Shown here: positions 58,701-64,000 of the stretch, one piece after another
Layout: each line of letters opens with the position of its first letter
Position numbering within the stretch: position 1 is the first letter of the stretch
Assembly (NCBI GenBank): GCA_038214715.1
Contig: JBBQRP010000021.1
Location: forward strand, 2,126-66,125
Direction of reading: 5' to 3'
Length of the DNA: 64,000 nucleotides
Source of the DNA: Thermoanaerobaculia bacterium
Lineage (GTDB): Bacteria > Acidobacteriota > Thermoanaerobaculia > UBA5066
Translations under genes and position numbers: made by a program
Notes under the pieces: model-generated
Database searches by the model: none
What the model saw: only the letters and a program-made list of their open reading frames with translations
Told to the model about the DNA's origin: nothing

Positions 58701-58867
58701 TCGGCCTCCTTCCGGCGGCGCTGTCGACCGGAATCGGATCCGACACGCAGCGTCCGTTCGCCCTCGTGATCGTGGGAGGTCTTTTTTCGCGCCTCCTCGT
58801 CAGCGTCTTCCTGATGCCCGCGTTGTACGTGATCGTCGCCGGTCCGAACGACCGGCTGGAGGTCTGA
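55727..58867 (+). CDS. czcA: CzcA/CusA-family heavy-metal RND efflux permease
   Basis: LPVDAYPD, EEVERLIT, GAIDFGILVDASVVMVEN, RLRPIMMT, QRPFA.VIVGG. Confidence 0.93.
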   Translation: MSDSGSAPPPEIRERTATSLINGVVAAALRQRFVCAFLFVLLAAVGVASFRRLPVDAYPDLSPPQVEVITQWGGRAAEEVERLITVPIEVEMNGVPNVTVVRSISLYGLSAVRLTFENGTDSYFARQQVFERLPGASLPAGVTPSIAPLFSPSGLIYRYVLESPDRSPMELKTLEDWVVERQYKAVPGVADDSGLGGPTMQYQVLLDPARVAAVGLSVPLVVASLGANNSNSGGGFYSQGGQFYYVRGLGRLTTTEDIGNVVVSVHNGTPVLVKDVGQVVIGEAPRLGQFGFNERDEAVEGVILMRRGEQAQVVLDRLEKKTKELNDSILPKDVKIRPFYDRRDLIELTTGTVEENLLRGMVLVIVVLVFFLYDFRSGLIVAITIPLSLLFAFICLDLKHVPANLLSIGAIDFGILVDASVVMVENVFRRMALNGEEGNRLSVSEVILQAAAEVDRPIFYAVAVIIAAFLPIYALAGPSGALFRPMADTTIFALVGALVVALTLVPVLCAWALRKGVKERRNVVFEKTRDLYGRGLDKCLAHPWRTTIASVFLLALSLLLVPGIGAEFMPHLDEGALWIRATMPSTISFEEAAKISPQVRSILRSFSEVTVVGSELGRPDDGTDPTGFFNDEFFVGLKPYRDWNGKYRDKKALVAAIDEKLKAFPGIVFNFTQPAEDAVDEAETGLKSALAVKVFGPDLSILESRANAIKSVLAKVRGIGEVSVVRQLGQPSLTVTIDRAKIARYGLNVADINGLVEAAVGGTVATQVVQGERLFDLVVRLRPEFRQTPAAIGNILVATPGGQQVPLRELADVRVVSGASFVYRENNSRYIGVQYSVKGRDLAGAVEDAEREVSRAVSVPTGYRIVWGGEYENYTASKKQLQVILPVTLLVIFMLLFMLYSNFKFPVITVAAVLLSAPIGGLLALKLSGTPFSVSSGIGFIALFGVSVQTAVIFISYANELRKKGMGILEATREAAILRLRPIMMTGLVAAFGLLPAALSTGIGSDTQRPFALVIVGGLFSRLLVSVFLMPALYVIVAGPNDRLEV

Positions 58868-58904
58868 GCGCCACAGGGCGCGGACCTCGGCCTAGAATCC
58901 CGCT

Positions 58905-59993
58905 ATGCCGACCAGCCGACGCACGTTCCTCGAGGAAGTCTCGTTCGCCTCTCTCATCGCCGGGTTCCCTCTTTCGGCGCAGGCCGCCCTGACGAAATAC
59001 GCGGAGAAGCCGCCGGATCCGCTCTTCCCGAAGGCTCTCAAGCCCGGAATGACGGTCGCGCTCGTCACGCCGTCGTCTCCGGGCGACGGTCTCGCCGACA
59101 CCGACTGGGGCGTCGAGATCGTGAAGGCCCTCGGCTTCAAGCCGAAGGTCTTCCCGCACGTGGGCGAGGAGACGCGCTACCTCGCCGGGCCCGACGAGCA
59201 TCGCGCGGCGGACCTCAACGCCGCCTTCGCGGATCCGTCCGTCGACGCGATCTTCTGCCTCCACGGCGGCTACGGCGCGTCGCGCATCCTGCCGCTCCTC
59301 GACTACGAGACGATCCGGAAGAACCCGAAGGTCTTCTGCGGATACAGCGACATCACGGCGCTCCTGAACGCGATCCACCGGCTGACCGGCCTCGTCACGT
59401 TCCATGGCCCGGTGGGCTCGGAGGCGCAGACGGATTACACGCTCGCCTCCTTCCGCAAGGTGATCATGCAGGCGCAGCCCGCGGGCCGAATCGCGGAGCC
59501 CCCGGCCCCGAAGGGCCCGTCGCGCGAGATCTCGATCGACCGCGAGAACTGGATCTACAAGCTGGCCCCAGGGAAGGGGAGGGGGCGCCTCGTCGGAGGG
59601 AACATCAGCGTTTTCTCGACGCTCGTCGGGACGCCGTTCGAGCCCGAGCTCAAGGGCCGCATCCTCTTTCTCGAGGAGGTCGGCGAGGATCCGTACCGCA
59701 TCGACCGCTGGCTCACGCAGTTCCTCCTCACGGGCAAGCTTTCCGGCCTCGCGGGCGTCGCCCTCGGGAAGTTCGCGCACTGCACGCCGGGCGACTACAA
59801 GCCGAGCTTCGGCGGAAACCAGTGGACGTGGCAGGAGGTCTGCAAGGACCGTCTCGGCAAGCTCGGAATCCCCGTCGTCGCGAACCTCGTGTTCGGCCAC
59901 GTTCCGGACAAGGCGACGCTTCCGCTCGGCGTCCTGGCCGAGCTGGACGGGGACGCGGGCACGCTCACGCTGCTGGAAGCCGCGGTTCGGTGA
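58905..59993 (+). CDS. ldcA: Tat-exported LD-carboxypeptidase (S66, LdcA-like)
   Basis: SRRTFL Tat motif; GGYGASR, GYSDIT, GGN, LEEVGE, FGH catalytic motifs. Confidence 0.87.
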   Translation: MPTSRRTFLEEVSFASLIAGFPLSAQAALTKYAEKPPDPLFPKALKPGMTVALVTPSSPGDGLADTDWGVEIVKALGFKPKVFPHVGEETRYLAGPDEHRAADLNAAFADPSVDAIFCLHGGYGASRILPLLDYETIRKNPKVFCGYSDITALLNAIHRLTGLVTFHGPVGSEAQTDYTLASFRKVIMQAQPAGRIAEPPAPKGPSREISIDRENWIYKLAPGKGRGRLVGGNISVFSTLVGTPFEPELKGRILFLEEVGEDPYRIDRWLTQFLLTGKLSGLAGVALGKFAHCTPGDYKPSFGGNQWTWQEVCKDRLGKLGIPVVANLVFGHVPDKATLPLGVLAELDGDAGTLTLLEAAVR

Positions 59994-60022
59994 GGGCCGC
60001 CCCGCGCCTCCGGAGGTAGTGG

Positions 60023-60706
60023 ATGGCGGACACGGACTCGCGCTCGGGTCTCTCGTACGCGACGCACGACATCCTCGCCTGGTGCGCGCGCGTCCACGCG
60101 CCCCACGACGCCGCGCTCACCGGCGCGTTCGGCTCGCCCGCCACGCACGGGATGCCCGCGATTCAGCTCGGCCCTTCGGAGGCGAAGGCAGTCGGCCTTC
60201 TCCTGAAGCTCGCGGGTGCGAAGAAAGTCGTCGAGGTCGGGACCCTCGCCGGCTACTCGGCGCTCGTGATGGCACGCGCCCTCCCCGCGAACGGGCGCGT
60301 CTTCACGATCGAGCACGATCCGAAGCACGCCCGCGTCGCGCGCGAGAACGTCGCGGCAGCGGGCGAAAGCGCGCGTGTGACGGTTCTCGAAGGCGCCGCG
60401 CTCGAAGTCCTGCCGTCCCTCGAGAGAGAGGCACCCTTCGACGCGGTCTTCATCGACGCCGACAAGCTCAACTACGACGGTTACGGACGCTGGGCGGCGC
60501 GGAACGTGCGTGCGGGAGGCCTCCTCGTCGGAGACAACGCGTACCTCTTCGGGCAGCTCCTCGAGGACTCCGCCGAGGCCGCCGCGATGCGCCGCTTCCA
60601 CGAAGAGGCCCGCGAAGCGTTCGACACCGTTTGCCTTCCGACGCCGGACGGCATGCTGCTCGGACTCCGGCTCGGTCTCGGCTCGATCGGGAAGGAGCCA
60701 CGATGA
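60023..60706 (+). CDS. O-methyltransferase (COMT/YrrM-like)
   Basis: VEVGTLAGYS, FIDADK, GGLLVGDN; RBS GGAGG. Confidence 0.9.
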   Translation: MADTDSRSGLSYATHDILAWCARVHAPHDAALTGAFGSPATHGMPAIQLGPSEAKAVGLLLKLAGAKKVVEVGTLAGYSALVMARALPANGRVFTIEHDPKHARVARENVAAAGESARVTVLEGAALEVLPSLEREAPFDAVFIDADKLNYDGYGRWAARNVRAGGLLVGDNAYLFGQLLEDSAEAAAMRRFHEEAREAFDTVCLPTPDGMLLGLRLGLGSIGKEPR

Positions 60707-60795
60707 ATTCCGGCGGATGCGTCCTTCCTTCCCAGAGGTTCGCCGCCTTCGACCTCACGTCCGGCGTGGGACGCCTCCAGATCCGCGGCTGCTGA
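60703..60795 (+). CDS. 30-aa mini-ORF MNSGGCVLPSQRFAAFDLTSGVGRLQIRGC (probable gene ghost)
   Basis: RBS AAGGAG and ATGA overlap with the methyltransferase stop. Confidence 0.45.
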   Translation: MNSGGCVLPSQRFAAFDLTSGVGRLQIRGC

Positions 60796-60807
60796 GCGCC
60801 CTCCCCG

Positions 60808-60834
60808 CCGTAACCTTCCGGCTGCCCGGCCGTC
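60808..60834 (+). promoter_or_regulatory. Putative autoregulatory ECF promoter CCGTAACC-N15-CGTC
   Basis: GTAACC at 60810-60815, CGTC at 60831-60834, immediately upstream of the ECF sigma start; ECF -35 AAC and -10 CGT pattern. Confidence 0.7.
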
Positions 60835-60843
60835 CTATTGAGC

Positions 60844-61467
60844 GTGGGCGCTGCCATCTCAGCCTTGGAGGAAAGCCTGGAAGCACCCGCGACGAACCCG
60901 GACCATGAAGCGGATCTCGAAGCGATGGAACAGGTTCGCCGGGGAGAAGCCGCCGGAGCGACCTGGCTTTTCCAGCGTTACTCGGCACCTCTCCTGAGGT
61001 TCACGGGGCGCCTTTTGGGAAGCCGGGCCGAGGCCGAGGAAGTCACGCAGGACGTCTTTCTCAAGCTCATGTCGCGGGCTGACCAGTACGACGGGCGCGC
61101 CCCCGTCGGCTCCTGGCTGTTCGCGATCGCCACGAACGCATGCCGGGACCGGCTGCGCCGCTCGGTCCGTCGGCCCAGCGTCGCTCTCGATTCGGTGGCC
61201 GAGACGGCCGAGCCCGGGATCCCGGTGGACGAGCGTCTCGCCGACCGCCAGCGCCGCGAGGCCGTCCGCCGGGCGCTCGCTCACCTGTCCGAAGAGCAAC
61301 GCGAGGCCCTCATCCTCGCGCGTTATCACGGGATGCCTTACGCCGATATCGCGCGAACGCTGAAGATCAGCGAAGGCGCCGTCAAGACACGGATCTTCCG
61401 GGCCATGGAAACGCTCAAGGCCCATTTCTCCGCAGGAGACTCACCATGGATTGCCGCAACGCACTGA
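60844..61467 (+). CDS. ECF sigma factor (sigma-70 group 4)
   Basis: AEEVTQDVF, WLFAIATNACRD, LSEEQREAL, YADIA..L.ISEGAVKTRIFRA. Start is GTG 60844 or TTG 60838. Confidence 0.93.
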   Translation: MGAAISALEESLEAPATNPDHEADLEAMEQVRRGEAAGATWLFQRYSAPLLRFTGRLLGSRAEAEEVTQDVFLKLMSRADQYDGRAPVGSWLFAIATNACRDRLRRSVRRPSVALDSVAETAEPGIPVDERLADRQRREAVRRALAHLSEEQREALILARYHGMPYADIARTLKISEGAVKTRIFRAMETLKAHFSAGDSPWIAATH

Positions 61468-62453
61468 ACGTTCGTGACCTGATTCTCGACCGCCTCGCCG
61501 GGACACCGATCGCGGAGGCGGACGCGTCGTTCCTCGAGGAGCACCTCGCGTCCTGCGAGGCCTGCCAGGCCGAAGAAGGCGGGATGAAGTCCGTCTGGTC
61601 CCGCCTCGGCGAGGACGACGGTGCGGACCTTTCCCTTTCACCCGCGTTCGTATCCCGGGTGACCGCGGCGATCGCGTCCCGCGGCAACGGAACGCTGCTC
61701 GCCTTTCCCGCCGCGAGCTCCCGGGGAAACTTCCTGAAGGCAGCCGCGGTCGTCCTGGCGGGAGGCCTCGGCTTCCTCGTGGCGCGGGGCACCGAGCGTC
61801 CCGCTTCGCTCACCGCCGCGACCGCCCTGCCCACGCCGAACATGAAGTTCGGCGAGAACGTCGCCCTCGTCTCGAACCGGACCGTGGACGCGTCCCGCGC
61901 GGCGCTCGACCTGTCGGACAAGCCCCGTCTCGCGAACGTCTCCTACCGCGCCTCGGAAGAGGCGGGCAAGATCGCGGTGTCGTTCGACGTGACGACGCGC
62001 TACACGGTCGTGGGACGGCCCGAGGACAAGAGCGTGGCCGACCTCCTCGTCTCGCTCATGTCCGGCGCCGCGGAGACGGAGGGCGCGAAGGGAAGGGTGC
62101 TCGACTTCGTCTCCGCGACCACGAAAGACGGCGCCGCTGTCTCGCCGGAGATCGTCGGCCTCCTCCGCCGAACGCTCGAGACGGACAAGAACCCCGGCGT
62201 GAGAAAGAAGGCCGCGGAAGCCCTCACCCAGATGCCGCCGACGCCGGAGATTCGCGACGCATTCGCGAAGGCGCTGAAGGTCGACTCGAATCCCGCGGTG
62301 CGGATCCTGGCGGTCGAAGGGCTCGCGAAGGCCGCGTCCGTCCTGAAGGATCCGCTCACGATCGAGACGCTGCGCCAGAAGGCGGGAGACGACCACGAGA
62401 ACGGCTACGTGCGCAGCCAGGCCGCGCTCGCCCTGAAGCGGATCGAGATCTGA
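61446..62453 (+). CDS. Membrane anti-sigma factor: zinc-binding (HxxxCxxC) domain, TM, extracytoplasmic HEAT repeats
   Basis: ATG 61446 MDC; HLASCEAC; TM AAAVVLAGGLGFLVA; repeats D.NP.VR..A.E.L. Confidence 0.85.
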   Translation: MDCRNALNVRDLILDRLAGTPIAEADASFLEEHLASCEACQAEEGGMKSVWSRLGEDDGADLSLSPAFVSRVTAAIASRGNGTLLAFPAASSRGNFLKAAAVVLAGGLGFLVARGTERPASLTAATALPTPNMKFGENVALVSNRTVDASRAALDLSDKPRLANVSYRASEEAGKIAVSFDVTTRYTVVGRPEDKSVADLLVSLMSGAAETEGAKGRVLDFVSATTKDGAAVSPEIVGLLRRTLETDKNPGVRKKAAEALTQMPPTPEIRDAFAKALKVDSNPAVRILAVEGLAKAASVLKDPLTIETLRQKAGDDHENGYVRSQAALALKRIEI

Positions 62454-62490
62454 TGTCGATACCTTTCGTCCGCGGGAGCGTCTTTTTCGC

Positions 62491-64000
62491 ATGAGCACGA
62501 CCCCATTTCCCCACTCCCCGAACGGGCCCACGACCGGCCGCGCGAACCGCAACCGCGCCGCCATCTGGGCGCTCCTCATCGCCGCGCTCGTCTTCCTCAC
62601 CCTGGCGGCGGGTCTTCGCGCGGACGCCCGCGAGTTCGCGGCTCACGCGAGCCGCACGCAGAACTTCACCGCGTCCGGAAATCTCAAGTCTCTTTCCGTC
62701 GAGAACATCAATGGCAACGTCGACGTGGTCGCGGGCGCTGCGTTCAAGGCCGACGCCGAAGTGACCGTGTACGCCTCCAGCCAGTCGCTCGCGAAAAAGC
62801 GCCTCGAAGAGGTCCAGGCGCGCTTCGAGAACGACAACGGCGACCTCTCGCTCTTCGCCGAAGAACCCGGCGTGTCCGTGAGGCGGAACGGCCGGGGCTG
62901 GAGCATCCACAGCCGCCACGACGACGACAACTGGCAGACCGAGGTGAAGTACCGCATCACGGTTCCAGCGGGCGTCTCCGTGAACGTATCGACGGTGAAC
63001 GGCGCCGTCACCGTCGGCGAGCTCGCCGCGGCCCTGGATCTCTCGACCGTGAATGGAAAGATCGAGGTGGCCGGCGCGAGGCGCGACGCGAAGTTCAACA
63101 CGGTGAACGGCGTGATCAAGGCCGTGTTCGCCGACCTCCCGAAGGGCGCGAACGTGGACGTGCGCACCGTGAACGGGGGCATCACCCTCACGATGCCCGC
63201 GAAGTCAAGCTTCCGCTTCGAAGGCCGCACGATGGGCGGCGAGATCCTCTCGTCGTTCGCGCTGCCCGCCGCCCCGGAAGCCGACGAGGCCGTCCGCGAG
63301 CGCGACGAGACGAGGGCCGCCCGCGAGAAGATCCGCTCCGAGCGGGACAAGATCCGGTCGGAGATCCGGGAAAAACAGCGCAAGGCCAGCAAGAGCGACG
63401 ACGAGGACACCGTCGTGGTCGATCTTGCGGACCTGAACGAGTCGCTCGCCGACCTGAATCGCGAGATGGCGGAGATGAGTCGCGAGATCTCGCGCACCGT
63501 CACGTCCCACCTGAACCGGGCGTACGAGGGCACCGTCGGCGGCGGAGGAGCGAACGTGAGGTGCTCGAACCTGAACGGCCGGATCCTCCTCCTCGCCGAG
63601 GGGACGAACGAAGCGCAGGCGAAGAGGCTTTCCTCGGGTCGGGGTCCGCTCGTGATGGTCGCGCCCCGTGTGACGGTCTCGCCGCGCGTGTTCGCCGTTC
63701 CCCGTGCGCCGGTTCCGCCCCTGGCACCCCTGTCGCCTGCCTTGCCCGTGCCCCCGACAGCTCCGAGTGCGCCTCTCGCGCCCATCCCGCCCGACCCCTG
63801 GGGGCGCTCGATCGTGAAGGGCGACATGAACGGCGACTTCGTCCTCACGTACGCGCCGAGCGACGTCTCGGTGGGACGCGTGGGCGGCCGCGTGAAGATC
63901 TCGACCCAGTCGGGGCAGATCAGCGTCCGCTCCGCCGCGAGGGGTGCGGAGCTCTCGTCCGCGGGCGGTGACATCCGGATCGAGACCGTCACGGGAGATC
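62491..64000 (+). CDS. DUF4097-family beta-strand repeat protein, exported, 3'-partial
   Basis: Not in the ORF track (no stop in window). ATG 62491, signal/TM segment, repeated STVNG.I.V and SAGGDI.I units, central coiled coil, Pro-rich linker. Confidence 0.85.
   Translation, partial: MSTTPFPHSPNGPTTGRANRNRAAIWALLIAALVFLTLAAGLRADAREFAAHASRTQNFTASGNLKSLSVENINGNVDVVAGAAFKADAEVTVYASSQSLAKKRLEEVQARFENDNGDLSLFAEEPGVSVRRNGRGWSIHSRHDDDNWQTEVKYRITVPAGVSVNVSTVNGAVTVGELAAALDLSTVNGKIEVAGARRDAKFNTVNGVIKAVFADLPKGANVDVRTVNGGITLTMPAKSSFRFEGRTMGGEILSSFALPAAPEADEAVRERDETRAAREKIRSERDKIRSEIREKQRKASKSDDEDTVVVDLADLNESLADLNREMAEMSREISRTVTSHLNRAYEGTVGGGGANVRCSNLNGRILLLAEGTNEAQAKRLSSGRGPLVMVAPRVTVSPRVFAVPRAPVPPLAPLSPALPVPPTAPSAPLAPIPPDPWGRSIVKGDMNGDFVLTYAPSDVSVGRVGGRVKISTQSGQISVRSAARGAELSSAGGDIRIETVTGD

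Overview
High-GC bacterial chromosomal segment. Gene content and protein style suggest Acidobacteriota, Thermoanaerobaculia-like (inference). I found no rRNA, tRNA, CRISPR array or transposase. About 50 CDS: yciH and arfB; TCA genes (gltA, mdh, sdhCAB); a HerA-like ATPase and two divergent four-helix-bundle genes; many exported hydrolases (prolyl oligopeptidase, M16 peptidase, two amidases, two amidohydrolases, PIG-L deacetylase, AmiE-like/NamZ fusion, NagZ, Tat-exported LD-carboxypeptidase); a Liv-type ABC transporter; a propeller histidine kinase/NarL regulator/IPTL-CTERM surface protein module; lysA; a CzcCBA-like RND efflux operon; and an ECF sigma/anti-sigma/DUF4097 operon. Main non-obvious signals: (1) a CxxC...RSPP leader ORF (DUF2946/CruR/CutF-like) whose Ser-Pro-Pro codons are complementary to the Shine-Dalgarno of the efflux operon; (2) several 'ghost genes' reduced to their first and last codons; (3) an identical ECF-type promoter (CCGTAACC-N15-CGTC) before the ECF sigma gene and before a distant orphan gene; (4) a shared palindromic operator before the response regulator and its surface-protein neighbour; (5) fused and split versions of a Tat/GatC-like amidase; (6) a dispersed AT-rich motif, also found in frame inside genes; (7) many apparently leaderless genes. 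All calls come from reading the sequence; no searches were run.
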